From assembly GCA_028864975.1 (NCBI GenBank), contig JAGWLG010000003.1, positions 86,150 to 150,149 of the forward strand: a stretch of 64,000 bases of DNA, given 5' to 3'. The notes beneath the pieces are model-generated. The model saw nothing but the letters and a program-made list of their open reading frames with translations, ran no database searches and was not told the DNA's origin. This DNA is from Thermoplasmata archaeon (GTDB lineage: Archaea; Thermoplasmatota; Thermoplasmata; Lutacidiplasmatales; UBA184). The position numbers were made by a program, and so were the translations under genes. Shown one piece after another: positions 47,536 through 57,486 of the stretch (position 1 is the stretch's first letter; each line of letters starts with the position of its first letter).

Positions 47536-48444
47536 TCAAGGATGGAACGGAAGTCGAAGCCAGCTCCAGTCCACGATCATGGCAAGGGCGATCCCGATCA
47601 GGTAGAAGCCGGAGGCGATGAAACCGCGCAGGGCCACCTTCTTGGAGGGGTCCCGGAGGACCGGCCAGGTCATGGCGACGAACACGAGGCCCAGGACCGT
47701 CCCGAGGACGAGGAAGGGAAGGAACGGATGGCCGAGGAGCAGGAAGGCCAGAGTGGGGGCGAGCAGCAGCCCTGCCGACGCTACGACGACCCTCGCAGAG
47801 CCCACGGGGTCCCCCGGGACGGGGAGCATCGGGAGCTCGGTCCTGCCGAAGTCCTCCCGTAGAGCGATCGCCAGCGACCAGAAGTGGGGGGGGGTCCAAA
47901 GAAAGACCAGCAGCGCCAAGAGGAGCGCGCTCGGCGTGAACGTTCCCACCGCGGCCGCGCAGCCTCCGAGGACCGGGGCGCTCCCGGCGTACCCCCCGAT
48001 GACGATGTTCCAGCGGCTCCGTCGCTTGAGCAAGATGGTGTAGACCACCACGTAGACGAAGGACCCCGAGACCATCGCCAGCGTGGCCAGCAGGTTGACC
48101 AGTAGGTAGGCGATCGGGATCGAGATCGCGGTGAACACGAGCCCTAGAACGAGGACGTGACGCGCAGGGATCACCTCGAGAGGGATCGGCCGGGAACGGG
48201 TCCGCTTCATCCGGACATCCAGGTCCCGGTCGTACCAGTGATTGAGGGCCCCCGCCCCTCCAGAGGCGAAGGCGCCGGCGATGAGGAGCCCCAACAGCCT
48301 CTCCCACGGTATCCAGGGGGGTGGGTAAGGAGGCTCGGCCGCGAAGAACCCCGCCACGACCATCAACAGGATGAGCCCCGTGATCCCGGGCTTGAGGAGA
48401 GAGAGGTAGGCCCGCCACAGGGGAAGAGAGGGCTCGGCCTTCAT
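47536..48444 (-). CDS. ctaB: Protoheme IX farnesyltransferase (heme O synthase)
   Basis: LLKPGI, NHWYDRDLDVRMKRTRSRPIP, YTILLKRR, NIVIGG and WTPPHFWSLA. Confidence 0.95.
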   Translation of the reverse strand: MKAEPSLPLWRAYLSLLKPGITGLILLMVVAGFFAAEPPYPPPWIPWERLLGLLIAGAFASGGAGALNHWYDRDLDVRMKRTRSRPIPLEVIPARHVLVLGLVFTAISIPIAYLLVNLLATLAMVSGSFVYVVVYTILLKRRSRWNIVIGGYAGSAPVLGGCAAAVGTFTPSALLLALLVFLWTPPHFWSLAIALREDFGRTELPMLPVPGDPVGSARVVVASAGLLLAPTLAFLLLGHPFLPFLVLGTVLGLVFVAMTWPVLRDPSKKVALRGFIASGFYLIGIALAMIVDWSWLRLPFHP

Positions 48445-48509
48445 CGCCGTGCGCCGAGAGGATGAGGAGAGATAACCTCGCCCGCGAGGCGGTCGCTCTC
48501 GCCCTGTCC

Positions 48510-49154
48510 TCACGCGTCGGACGCGGAGGGGGGCGGGGGCGTGGGGGTCGGGTCCCCGTCCAACGAGGGAGCGTTCTTAGGCGATCCCTGCCAGTGCTCG
48601 GCCTCCTCCTTCGCCCTGCCCTCGGGCGTCAACGCGCCCACGAGGGCCTTCTGCCAGCGCGGGGAGAGGTAGGGGAAGCTGCTCAAGGTCGAGATCAGGA
48701 GCAGGACCCCGAAAAGCAGGGTCGCAAGGGCCAAGTGAAGAACGACGACCACGAGGGCGGCTTTCGTGAAGATGATGACCCCACCCACCAGGGCTTGCGC
48801 GAGGACCGACCCCGCCGCGAGGGCCGTGAGCCGCCGGATACCCGCCCGGACACCGGGAGCCATGTAGGCGAGCAAGAGCAGTCCGAAGGTGCCCAGCGCG
48901 AGGGCGAACGCGGCGAGCCGGTGGGACATCTCGAGCGTATGGTCCCCTGCGAGGAGGACCGGTGCGGACGTGGTGCACCCCGGCCAATCCGGACAGGAGA
49001 GCGAGCCCCCCGTGAAGGTCACCCCGGCCCCGAGAACGATCGTGAGGTACGCCAAGGCCGCCATGCAGAGGGCGAGATAGCGGAACCCTCTTTCCCGAGG
49101 GTCGCGAGCTCGGGCGAGAGGCTCCTCGTCCTCGGTCGCCGGGCTCACGCCCAT
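48510..49154 (-). CDS. ctaA: Heme A synthase, half-size (4-TM) form
   Basis: LGAGVT...CPDWPGC, EMSHR and VLHLALA; only one 4-helix module. Start 49154, or 49148 (GTGA overlap). Confidence 0.85.
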   Translation of the reverse strand: MGVSPATEDEEPLARARDPRERGFRYLALCMAALAYLTIVLGAGVTFTGGSLSCPDWPGCTTSAPVLLAGDHTLEMSHRLAAFALALGTFGLLLLAYMAPGVRAGIRRLTALAAGSVLAQALVGGVIIFTKAALVVVVLHLALATLLFGVLLLISTLSSFPYLSPRWQKALVGALTPEGRAKEEAEHWQGSPKNAPSLDGDPTPTPPPPSASDA

Positions 49155-51478
49155 GGGTCCTCGGCGGCCGGTTTCCCGCGGTAGTAGCTCGCGACCATGT
49201 TGAAGATGAACACGAGTGTTCCGATCCCGAAGATGGTCGCCCCCACGGTGGAGAGCGCGTTGAGCTGGCCCAGGTCAAGCCCTACGGGGCTCGGCCACCA
49301 GGGGAGGTAGTCGTAGTACCTCCGAGGCATCCCGGCCATGCCGGCGAAGAACATCGGGAAGAAGAGCAAGTTCCCGCCGATGTAGGTGAGCACGAAGTGC
49401 CACAGGCCAAGGGTATGGCTGTACCAGCGGCGCGTGATGATCGGGTAGTAGAAGTAGGTCGCCGCGAAGACGCCCATGAGCGTCCCCCCGAGGATCGTGT
49501 AGTGGAAGTGGGCCACGACGAAGTAGGTCTGGTGGATGAGGTAGTCCACCGGGATCGTCCCTAGCATCACGCCGGAGAGCCCTCCGATCAGGAACATCGT
49601 CAGGAAGGCGATGACGAACCACATGGGCATCTCGAGGCGGACCCGCCCGCCCCAGATGGTCGCGAGCCAGTTGAACATCTTGACGCCGGTGGGGACCGCG
49701 ATGGCGATCGTGGTGAGCATGAAGATGAAACGGACGTTGGTCTGCTCGCCCGTCGTGAACATGTGGTGCTGCCATACGACGAACCCCAGGATCCCGATCG
49801 ACGCGATGGAGAGGGCCATCGCCGTGTAACCGAACAGGTGCTTCCGCACCATCTTGGGAAGGACCGTGGAGATGAGCCCGAAGGCGGGCAGGATGAGGAT
49901 GTAGACCTCGGGGTGTCCGAAGAACCAGAAGAGGTTCTGGTAGAGCAGAGGACCCCCCAGGGGCGACCCGTTCACCCCGTAGGTGAGGTGCGTCCCGAAG
50001 TTCCTGTCGGAGAGCACCATCGTGAGGGCCACCGACAGAGAGGGCATGGCGGCGATCACCAGGAAGCTGTTGATGAACGTGGCCCAGACGAAGATGGGCA
50101 TGTTCCAGTAGGAGATCCCGGGGGCCCGGTGCTTCATCACCGTCACGATGAAGTTGATCGCCCCGAGCATCGAGGAGATGGAGAGGAGGTGGAGCCCGGC
50201 GATCCAGATGTCGATGCCGTGCCCGGGCATGAGCGTGGTCAGCGGGACGTAGCCGGTCCATCCCCCGTTCGCCCCAGAGAGGATGATGAGCGCCCCCGCG
50301 GGAGGGATGATCCAGAAGGCGAGGTTGTTGATCCGGGGCATGGCCATGTCCCGGGCGCCGACCATGGTCGGCAGGAGGTAGTTCCCCCAGCCCGCCATGA
50401 GCGGCATCACGACCAGGAAGATCATGATGATCCCATGCTCGGTGAAGAGCGTGGAGTAGAGGTCGGGAGAGATGCCGATCACGCTCGGGTTCTCGCCGAT
50501 AGCGGGCAGGAACAGGTCGACCCGGATCAGCATCGCATAGACGCCGCCGATGATGAGGAAGGCAAAGGCGAGGGCCATGTACATCAGCCCGATCTCCTTG
50601 TGGTCGGTCGTCGTCAACCAGTGGAGGACGTAGCGGCGGAACCAGTAGGGGACCTCCCGCGTCCGAGCGAGCTTCTGGGTCGTGATCGCACGTTCCCGGA
50701 ACGAGACGTCCAGGACGTGGAAGAGGAGCGCTCCGCCCAGGACCATCAGCCCGAGGGCGAAACCTAGCGAGCTCTGCAGCCCGACCGAGGCCAGGTTCCC
50801 CAGGGTGATGATGTAGCCGGCGAGGAGACCTTCTCCTGCGAGCAGCAGCAGGATCCCGGCGAGATAGTAGTCCAGGCGGCGCGAGATGCCAGTGGGGACC
50901 GCTTCGTAGGAAGGGTAGGCGATGAAACCGTAGAAGCCCAGGATCGCCCCCAACGAGAAGGGCGCGACCCCGTAGAGCCCGTAGGCGGACTGGAGGTTCG
51001 CGGTGACGGTGATGGCCAGGCCCCCGGAGGAGGGGGACGGGAAGGGATGGCCCGAGGTCGTGTTCTGATACTCCTGCGTCATGTTGACGCTGAGCGCCGA
51101 GCTTGCGACGGTCGTGTTGAGCAGGAAGTACTGTTCGGGAGCGAGACCGAACTCGAACCCGCCCGCGCTCCCCGTTCCCACCGCGAGGAGACTTCCTGCG
51201 GTGAGACAGCGCGAGTCGGAGCAGGAGTAGACCTCGAGAGCGGTATCGGGGGGGCCGCCGGACCAGGAGATGTTGTACTCGACCGTTTCGGCGAGCGTGT
51301 AGAGGTTGGTGATCCCCAGGTGCGATCCCCCCTCCATCTGGGTGCTCGGGACGCCGTTGGGGTACGCCGGGTTCGAGCCTAGGAGCGTGAAGGACCAGGT
51401 CTGGTCCTGCGGGAGCGAGATCAGGACCCCGCCGACCGCGAGCAGGACGATGGAGAGGAGGATCGCGCTGCGGATCAT
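49145..51478 (-). CDS. ctaD: Heme-copper oxidase subunit I (A1 type) with a ~285 aa N-terminal membrane/extracytoplasmic extension
   Basis: Core starts at [11 protein letters not shown]; heme a His (TEHG), D-channel [22 protein letters not shown]-channel PTGVK and AHFHY. Confidence 0.95.
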   Translation of the reverse strand: MIRSAILLSIVLLAVGGVLISLPQDQTWSFTLLGSNPAYPNGVPSTQMEGGSHLGITNLYTLAETVEYNISWSGGPPDTALEVYSCSDSRCLTAGSLLAVGTGSAGGFEFGLAPEQYFLLNTTVASSALSVNMTQEYQNTTSGHPFPSPSSGGLAITVTANLQSAYGLYGVAPFSLGAILGFYGFIAYPSYEAVPTGISRRLDYYLAGILLLLAGEGLLAGYIITLGNLASVGLQSSLGFALGLMVLGGALLFHVLDVSFRERAITTQKLARTREVPYWFRRYVLHWLTTTDHKEIGLMYMALAFAFLIIGGVYAMLIRVDLFLPAIGENPSVIGISPDLYSTLFTEHGIIMIFLVVMPLMAGWGNYLLPTMVGARDMAMPRINNLAFWIIPPAGALIILSGANGGWTGYVPLTTLMPGHGIDIWIAGLHLLSISSMLGAINFIVTVMKHRAPGISYWNMPIFVWATFINSFLVIAAMPSLSVALTMVLSDRNFGTHLTYGVNGSPLGGPLLYQNLFWFFGHPEVYILILPAFGLISTVLPKMVRKHLFGYTAMALSIASIGILGFVVWQHHMFTTGEQTNVRFIFMLTTIAIAVPTGVKMFNWLATIWGGRVRLEMPMWFVIAFLTMFLIGGLSGVMLGTIPVDYLIHQTYFVVAHFHYTILGGTLMGVFAATYFYYPIITRRWYSHTLGLWHFVLTYIGGNLLFFPMFFAGMAGMPRRYYDYLPWWPSPVGLDLGQLNALSTVGATIFGIGTLVFIFNMVASYYRGKPAAEDPWA

Positions 51479-51488
51479 GGCCGTCCTC

Positions 51489-51782
51489 TCATTCGAACAT
51501 CTCCACGCGCCGGGTCAGGTTCCCGCGGAGCCGGTCGACTCGGTAGACGATGCCGAGCGTGAGCAGCAGACAAAAGATGGCCCCGAGGATCCCCAAGACC
51601 CCCACCGGCAGCCAGAGGAGCTCTGCCCCTCCCCCCCAGGCCACCGAGAGGGCCCAGAGCCCGACCACGGTGCACACGAGCCCGAGCAAGAAGAGCCCCG
51701 AGAGGACCCCCCAGAGCACCCGGGTGCGGTACCGGGGCCTCGCCTTGGGGCTCGAGGGGGACGGCGCCTCGGGCTCAGGCAT
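51489..51782 (-). CDS. Small 2-TM membrane protein between cytochrome b and oxidase subunit I
   Basis: Two hydrophobic helices; overlaps the cytochrome b stop; operon position. Confidence 0.75.
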   Translation of the reverse strand: MPEPEAPSPSSPKARPRYRTRVLWGVLSGLFLLGLVCTVVGLWALSVAWGGGAELLWLPVGVLGILGAIFCLLLTLGIVYRVDRLRGNLTRRVEMFE

Positions 51783-53247
51783 GCAGGGGAGCCTCCCCGG
51801 AGGCCTTCGCGCCTCCGCTCAACGGCGCCGAGTGCACCGAAGTGACCGCGACCGCCGCCGGAGAGGGAGACGGAACGGGCGATGGCAGGACCCTTCCCGC
51901 CCCCGCCATCCCAGGCAGCGGCCGCCGTCCGAACTTCGCAGCAACGCGCGCGCGGTAGCTCGCGCGATACATCCAGTACATGACGAAGATCACAAGCGCG
52001 TTCACGCCCGCGAGCGTTCCGAGATAGAGCGCGTAGAACGAGGCCGGGATGACCACCCCCGGCATGATCCCGCCCCAGACCGTCATCAGGATGAAGAACC
52101 CCGCCAGGAAGTTCGCGACCCCGAGCATGACCGGGCGATCGCGGGGATGCGTCTTCTTGCCCCCATCGAGGAAGGGGAAGACCTGGACGATCCAGGGGAG
52201 GAAGAGGATGAAGGCAATGACCGCCGTGACGGTTCCGACGGCCACGAACGGGCTCACGTACTGGAAGTCCGCGAGCTTGTAGAGCCACAGGAAGTACCAG
52301 TCCGGTTCGGGGGACGAGCCGCTCGCGCTCGAGGACCCGAACGGCGGGGCAAGTGCCACGGGCCAGGCCGCGGCCATCATGACCAGGAGGCCCGCGTAGA
52401 AGAGCGCCCACTTGGTCATGTAGAAGAAGACCTTCGGGAAGAACCGGCCCATCTTCGCGTCGTCCTCGTGGGTGAAGACGCGCTTGGCCCGGGGGTCGCT
52501 GGTGGCCTTGGGGGCGATCCCGTGGATCTCGAAGAGCGAGATGTGCGCGTAGAGCAGCGCCGCCAGGGCGAGCGGGATCGCGACCACGTGGAGCGCGAAC
52601 ATCCGAGAGAGGAGTCCCTGGTAGGTCCCGTCGCCCAGGATCAGCTTCGCGGTCGGGGGCCCGATGCCCGGCACGGACATCGTGAGGGCGATGCCGACGT
52701 CGGTCGCGCCCACGGAGAGCGCAGTGAACGGCAGGAGGTAGCCCGTGAACCCCATGCCGAGCATGGCGGCGAGGAGTAGGGTCCCGACCATCCAGGAGAG
52801 CTCGCGAGGCGGCTTGTAGACCCCGGCGTAGAAGCCGCGGAAGAAGTGGACGAACGCGAGGAAGATCGTCGCGTAGGCACCGTAGAGATGCGCCGATAAC
52901 AGCAGCCATCCCAGAGGGACGCCGTGAATGATGTAGTAGGTGGAGGACCAGGCCTCGGGAGGACCTCCCGGGCTCGCGCTGCTATACGAAGGGATGTAGT
53001 AGAACAGGAGCAGCAAGCCGGTCGTGACCTGGATGAGGAAGGCGTTCGCGACGAAGGCTCCCGTCCAGTAGGCCGGATTGAAGGTGAAGTCCGGCTGGGG
53101 GCGCATCCCCCACTTCTTCGTCCCGACACGGACCTCGATGAAGTCCCAGATCTTGTCCAGGGTGCGGTTGAAGGGGGGGCGGTACTCCGCGACCGCAGGA
53201 CCCGCCGCGGAGGGGCGGCGGGGTGCAGTTCCGGCGCTCTCCGTCAC
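51775..53247 (-). CDS. petB: Cytochrome b of a Rieske/cytb complex (cyt b plus subunit IV fused)
   Basis: Four heme-ligand His (SAHLYGA, FVHFFRG, ALHVV, YAHISL), WMVG, GFTGYLLP and PDWY (PEWY variant). Confidence 0.93.
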   Translation of the reverse strand: MTESAGTAPRRPSAAGPAVAEYRPPFNRTLDKIWDFIEVRVGTKKWGMRPQPDFTFNPAYWTGAFVANAFLIQVTTGLLLLFYYIPSYSSASPGGPPEAWSSTYYIIHGVPLGWLLLSAHLYGAYATIFLAFVHFFRGFYAGVYKPPRELSWMVGTLLLAAMLGMGFTGYLLPFTALSVGATDVGIALTMSVPGIGPPTAKLILGDGTYQGLLSRMFALHVVAIPLALAALLYAHISLFEIHGIAPKATSDPRAKRVFTHEDDAKMGRFFPKVFFYMTKWALFYAGLLVMMAAAWPVALAPPFGSSSASGSSPEPDWYFLWLYKLADFQYVSPFVAVGTVTAVIAFILFLPWIVQVFPFLDGGKKTHPRDRPVMLGVANFLAGFFILMTVWGGIMPGVVIPASFYALYLGTLAGVNALVIFVMYWMYRASYRARVAAKFGRRPLPGMAGAGRVLPSPVPSPSPAAVAVTSVHSAPLSGGAKASGEAPLHA

Positions 53248-53277
53248 GTTCCTTGCTCCCTCCCCCGGCCCCTTGGT

Positions 53278-54153
53278 CTACGGACGCTGGTCGCTCGAGG
53301 GCACCTGCAGCGCCGAGAGCGACGCCGGGATGGGTCCTGGCGTGCCTCCTAGGAGGGTCGTGAAGTGTCCCTTGACCGCGGGCCCGACCTCGTTCGTCGC
53401 GAAGAGGTTCCCGCTGGAGTCCGCCTCGAGCAGGACCTGGGGCAGGGGGAGGACCGTCGGCCCCGTCAGGATCGCGGCCCCTCCACCGTTGGCCGTGTCC
53501 GCGGCATAGGGGTTGTAGCTGGAGCCGTGGCAGATGCAGTGCATGTACGGTGCGCCGCTGTTCTTGTCCCAGGTGCCGCCCTGTAGGACGTCGCTCTCAG
53601 GGTAGTAGCTCAAGAACGGTGGGATGCACCCCAGGTGCTGGCAGATCACCGAGAAGGCGACCGGATAGTTCCCCTGCGGGGTGGGACCGTACTTCGCGTT
53701 CGGGGGCGTCCCGTACTTCCCCGCGAGGTTGAGGAGAACGTTCGGCTCGCCCTGGAGCGGGTACTGGAAGATGTACATGTCCGTCTTCGTCGGGTCGATG
53801 TGGGAGTCGATGTTGCCGAGCTGGACGGGCGTGCCATCGGCGAAGAGCAGCTGGACCCTCGGGAAGGAGGACAGCCCCTGCATCGGGGGCTGAATGTACT
53901 GCAGCGCGGCTCCCACCGCCCCACCGCCCGCCACCGCGGCCAGTCCCCCGATGGCCATGAGCTTCAGGATGTTGCGCTTGGACTCGTCGACCTCTTCCTG
54001 GACCTTCGGGCTGTTCATGTCCGGCGGCGCGACCCGACGGACGACCCCGGGCGGAGCGGGGCGGTGGAGCTCAAGGTAGAGCGCGAGGCGCGCATCGAAC
54101 CCCGGCTCATCCAGGGCAAGGTTCGAGTGCCAGCAAGGTGGGCCCTCGGTCAT
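53278..54153 (-). CDS. Rieske 2Fe-2S protein with Tat-type signal (SoxL/SoxF-like)
   Basis: KRNILK twin-arginine-like motif; CQHLGC and CICHGSSY boxes; ATGA overlap supports 54153 (alternative start 54018). Confidence 0.93.
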   Translation of the reverse strand: MTEGPPCWHSNLALDEPGFDARLALYLELHRPAPPGVVRRVAPPDMNSPKVQEEVDESKRNILKLMAIGGLAAVAGGGAVGAALQYIQPPMQGLSSFPRVQLLFADGTPVQLGNIDSHIDPTKTDMYIFQYPLQGEPNVLLNLAGKYGTPPNAKYGPTPQGNYPVAFSVICQHLGCIPPFLSYYPESDVLQGGTWDKNSGAPYMHCICHGSSYNPYAADTANGGGAAILTGPTVLPLPQVLLEADSSGNLFATNEVGPAVKGHFTTLLGGTPGPIPASLSALQVPSSDQRP

Positions 54154-54587
54154 GGTGCCTGCTCCTCCATCTCCGCGCGCTTCGCCTCCTCTTGGTCCTG
54201 CTGCCGGCGCTGCTCAAGCTCATCTTCGCCCGTCACCGCAGGGTTCGAGGCCTCCCCGGGGAGCTCGGCCTTGTCCGCGTCCTTGTAGACGTAGAGCGTG
54301 ATCGTGATCCCCAGCAGGATCACGAAGACCTCGGTCAGGTCCAGCATCTGAAAGCACGTGACCGGACCGAAGCTCGTGTTGACCGGCGCGAGCGGGCAGA
54401 CGACGGGGGGGATCGCCGAGGAAGAGGGGTCGGAGGAGTTCTGCGAGCTGTTGGCCCGGAGCGTGAGCCCGAAGTGTCCGACCCCCTGGTACGAGGCTCC
54501 GGCCAGCGCGGAGATCGATAGCGACGACAGAAGGAAGAGAGGCACCAGAAGGAGCAGGATCGCGAGCTGCAGCGACCTCCGGCTCAT
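54150..54587 (-). CDS. Uncharacterised membrane protein in the respiratory operon
   Basis: N-terminal hydrophobic signal, Cys pair, one TM, acidic tail; ATGA overlaps on both sides. Confidence 0.75.
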   Translation of the reverse strand: MSRRSLQLAILLLLVPLFLLSSLSISALAGASYQGVGHFGLTLRANSSQNSSDPSSSAIPPVVCPLAPVNTSFGPVTCFQMLDLTEVFVILLGITITLYVYKDADKAELPGEASNPAVTGEDELEQRRQQDQEEAKRAEMEEQAP

Positions 54588-54952
54588 CGGTACATCTCAG
54601 CCCCTTCCGACGGGAACGAGGGCCCCTTTTGAGCCTCACGGTCCGGGGGGGGCGCCGCGGCGACCGTTCCAGCAGGAACGGGCGCGGGGGTCGGGGGTAC
54701 GCTGGCCGTGCTCGGAGGGACCACAGGGGGCTTCGTCGGTCCCATCAAAGTGGGAAGGGGCGAGTTCCCGGGGGAGGGTTCCGGCCCCAGGACCTGGGAC
54801 TGGAACTCGAACATCAGCTGCTGCCGTATCCGCAGGAACTTCCCGTAGTACTTGCCCAGGGTCCGGAAGACCTCCATGCCGTGGCCCCCCATCAGAAGGA
54901 GACCCCCGGCGAGGAGCAGGATCACCCAGTCGACATCGGAGAAGAGGCTCAT
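54584..54952 (-). CDS. TatA/TatB-like protein
   Basis: DWVILLLAGGLLLMGG hinge, amphipathic FRTLGKYYGKFLR and Pro-rich tail; directly downstream of tatC. Confidence 0.65.
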   Translation of the reverse strand: MSLFSDVDWVILLLAGGLLLMGGHGMEVFRTLGKYYGKFLRIRQQLMFEFQSQVLGPEPSPGNSPLPTLMGPTKPPVVPPSTASVPPTPAPVPAGTVAAAPPPDREAQKGPSFPSEGAEMYR

Positions 54953-54961
54953 CGTGGCGGA

Positions 54962-55789
54962 CTACGCCGCACCCCCTGGGATGGTCAGGAGCTTCGCCCG
55001 GTCCACCCTCTTCTGGTGCCGCTCAGCGGCGAGCATCCCGCCGAAGTAGAGGACGGCCATCGGTGCCGCGATCATGAGCATCGTGATGCCGGAGTTGTCC
55101 GGGGTGATGATCATGCCAAAGATGAGGCAACCCATCACGGCCGCGCGCCAGTGCTTGCGCCAGAACCCTCCCGCGATCAGGCCGATGCGCGTGAGGGAGT
55201 AGATGAAGACCGGGAGCTCGAAGACGATCCCGAAGGCGAGCGTGTAGAGGAGCGCGAACTCGAGGAAGCTCTCTGCGGAGATGGTGGGAGCGAGCCCCAT
55301 CGCTCCGACGTACTTGAAGAGCAGAAGGAAGGTGAACGGAGTGATCCAGATCCACGCGACCGCGAACCCCACGAAGAAGAGGACTGTGGCGGGGATCCCC
55401 ACGTTCTTCAGCAGGGCCCTCTCGCTCCGGCGCATCGCCGGCATCAGGAACGCGCCGACCTCGTGGACGATCCAGGGCATCCCGACGGCGATGGAGAGGA
55501 GCAGTCCGATCTCCATCTGGATGACCACGGACTCCCCCACCCCAACGTTGAGCAGCGTGACGCCGCTGGGGAGCATGTCCGTCCGCATCAGCTCGAACAC
55601 CTGGGCTGACACATTGTAGAACGGGCTCGGCCAGGGGTAGGGCACCACCCAAGGAAGGAACGAAGGGCGGCCCCAGCGGACCTCGAAGGTCAGGAAGAAC
55701 CCGAAGAGGGGCACGACAACAAGGGCGATCCGAACGAGCCGACGTCGGAACTCGTCAAGGACCGAGAGGAGCTTGTGGAGCTCGTTCAT
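54962..55789 (-). CDS. tatC: Twin-arginine translocase subunit TatC
   Basis: LDEFRRRL, FLMPAMRRSE, FGIVFELP and MIITPDNSGITM. Confidence 0.93.
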   Translation of the reverse strand: MNELHKLLSVLDEFRRRLVRIALVVVPLFGFFLTFEVRWGRPSFLPWVVPYPWPSPFYNVSAQVFELMRTDMLPSGVTLLNVGVGESVVIQMEIGLLLSIAVGMPWIVHEVGAFLMPAMRRSERALLKNVGIPATVLFFVGFAVAWIWITPFTFLLLFKYVGAMGLAPTISAESFLEFALLYTLAFGIVFELPVFIYSLTRIGLIAGGFWRKHWRAAVMGCLIFGMIITPDNSGITMLMIAAPMAVLYFGGMLAAERHQKRVDRAKLLTIPGGAA

Positions 55790-56268
55790 GCCGACGGGGA
55801 GCCGAGTTCCTGATGGTTCTCTGGAGGGACGGCCGCGCGCCGAAGCGACCTCAGCGGAGCCTCCGGTCGCAAGCTCGGCAGTTCACGCCCGCCCGAGACG
55901 TGGAGACCCGGCCCTTGGGCAAAGACACCGCTCTCTACGCCTGCGGAGGACCCAGCGCTCTGCCTCGTGGGGGTCGAAGCTGGGAGGTCCGGGGACGAGG
56001 GTCTCAACGATGCGGAATCGGGGCGCAAGGAGAGCCGACGCGTGGCCACGAGCTCCCGAGGAGCCTCACGCAGGAAGGCACGGAACGCGAAGGCATCGTT
56101 GTAGAAGGCGCTGGCAAGGGGAGAAGAGGCGAGGTCCGAGGGAAGGTGTGGGCGAGGCAACGATCGGGGGAGCGGAAGGCTCGGCGGTCCCGCCAAGCGG
56201 GGGTCGGGTCGGAGCGTGTCGTTCTGGGCGGGACTTCGAGGTCGGTGATCTCGAGGCTCAGGGTCCAT
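55786..56268 (-). CDS. Pro/Ser/Arg-rich hypothetical protein between tatA and tatC
   Basis: Stop overlaps the tatC ATG (ATGA); fills the gap; low complexity, so it may be spurious. Confidence 0.45.
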   Translation of the reverse strand: MDPEPRDHRPRSPAQNDTLRPDPRLAGPPSLPLPRSLPRPHLPSDLASSPLASAFYNDAFAFRAFLREAPRELVATRRLSLRPDSASLRPSSPDLPASTPTRQSAGSSAGVESGVFAQGPGLHVSGGRELPSLRPEAPLRSLRRAAVPPENHQELGSPSA

Positions 56269-56301
56269 ACGACCTCCCAGCTTGGGAGCGAACGTTCGAG
56301 C

Positions 56302-56523
56302 TCAGCGTCCCGAGGGGTTGTCGCGGACCACACGGGGTGCCGCCGTGGAGGCAGGGGCTGCCTGGCTCTGGGCGAGCTCGCGCTCGGACTCCAGCTTCCC
56401 CTTCTTGAACTCCCCGACGGCCCGACCCAGGCTGTGGGCGAGCTGCGGGATCTTGGTCGACCCCCAGAAGAGGATGGCGAAGATCACGCCGATGATGAGC
56501 CAGTCGTCGATGCTGTCGAACAT
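56302..56523 (-). CDS. tatA: Twin-arginine translocase subunit TatA
   Basis: DWLIIGVIFAILFWGSTKIPQLAHSLGRAVGEFKKG. Confidence 0.93.
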   Translation of the reverse strand: MFDSIDDWLIIGVIFAILFWGSTKIPQLAHSLGRAVGEFKKGKLESERELAQSQAAPASTAAPRVVRDNPSGR

Positions 56524-56643
56524 GGTGGCCTCCGCGGGCGAGGAAGATGGGCCCGTATAACGTCACTGGCGCAGCTCCAGCGACCTCCCGGGTCGAACAG
56601 GGACGGAGGAAAGAGCACGGGACTCCCGCCCTGCGGGAGTCGC

Positions 56644-57354
56644 TCAGTGGGCGGCGCCGCCGCGGGCCGTGGGTTCGGCCGACTCGAGCGGCTCGGGTCG
56701 TGAGTCGTTGTAGTACTCCGGGCGGGACGTGATCGGGGTACCCCGAGGGAGGAGGTCGGAATGGGCTCCCTGCTTCCCGTAGACCATACCGAGCACCACC
56801 GTCAGGACCGCGAGCCCCGTGACGGCGATCACGATGTACCAGAAGGGTTCGAAGAGCGGAGGGGGCGGTGGGGGGGTGGGAGCGGCCTCCAGGACGTAGA
56901 ACATCCCGTGCATGCCGACCGCGTAGTGGGGCTTGCACGTGAACTCGTAAGCTCCCTGGCCGCCGAACGTAATGGTCGCGGTGAGCGTGCCCCCGGCGGA
57001 TCCGGAGGCGTTCAGCTGCTGGTCGTAGTAGAGGTTCGGCCAGGAGAACCAGCTATAGTCGGTGGTGGAAGGGTCGGTGGAGTTCACCTGGTTCGAGACC
57101 GTGAAGCTGTGGACGGTCGTCCCAGTGTTCGTCACCGTGAACGTGACGGTCTTGCAGAGGTTTCCCAGGACCGTAGGGTTCCACGTCAACGAATCGTAGG
57201 CGTCGATGGTGACCGCAGCCTGGCAACCGGACGCTGAATCCCGGGCGGACGAGTTGTGGGTGGGCGAGGAGATGGCCAGTGCACTCGCCCCCGAGACCGC
57301 CATGAGCCCCGCGATCGCGAAGAGGAGGGCCCCGAGCCGGAAGAAGGGTCGCAT
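56644..57354 (-). CDS. Membrane-anchored blue copper protein (plastocyanin/halocyanin-like cupredoxin)
   Basis: Signal peptide; type-1 Cu ligands VHSF and CKPHYAVGM (C-x2-H-x4-M); C-terminal TM; RBS GGAGGAG. Confidence 0.9.
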   Translation of the reverse strand: MRPFFRLGALLFAIAGLMAVSGASALAISSPTHNSSARDSASGCQAAVTIDAYDSLTWNPTVLGNLCKTVTFTVTNTGTTVHSFTVSNQVNSTDPSTTDYSWFSWPNLYYDQQLNASGSAGGTLTATITFGGQGAYEFTCKPHYAVGMHGMFYVLEAAPTPPPPPPLFEPFWYIVIAVTGLAVLTVVLGMVYGKQGAHSDLLPRGTPITSRPEYYNDSRPEPLESAEPTARGGAAH

Positions 57355-57486
57355 CGCTCGATTCGCTCCTCCGTGTTCTTCTGCGACGCTCGACCGGCCG
57401 TCGGATAAAACACCTCCGTCCAAGGCGAGCGCCGGCCTCAAGAGCCGAACACGTACGGGGGATGCGCTGGGGAATCCGACGGCTTA

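Noticed and set aside
49145-51478. SoxM-like fusion of subunits I and III
   Set aside because: The extra sequence is N-terminal, includes a soluble beta domain and lacks subunit III features; SoxM carries subunit III at the C-terminus.
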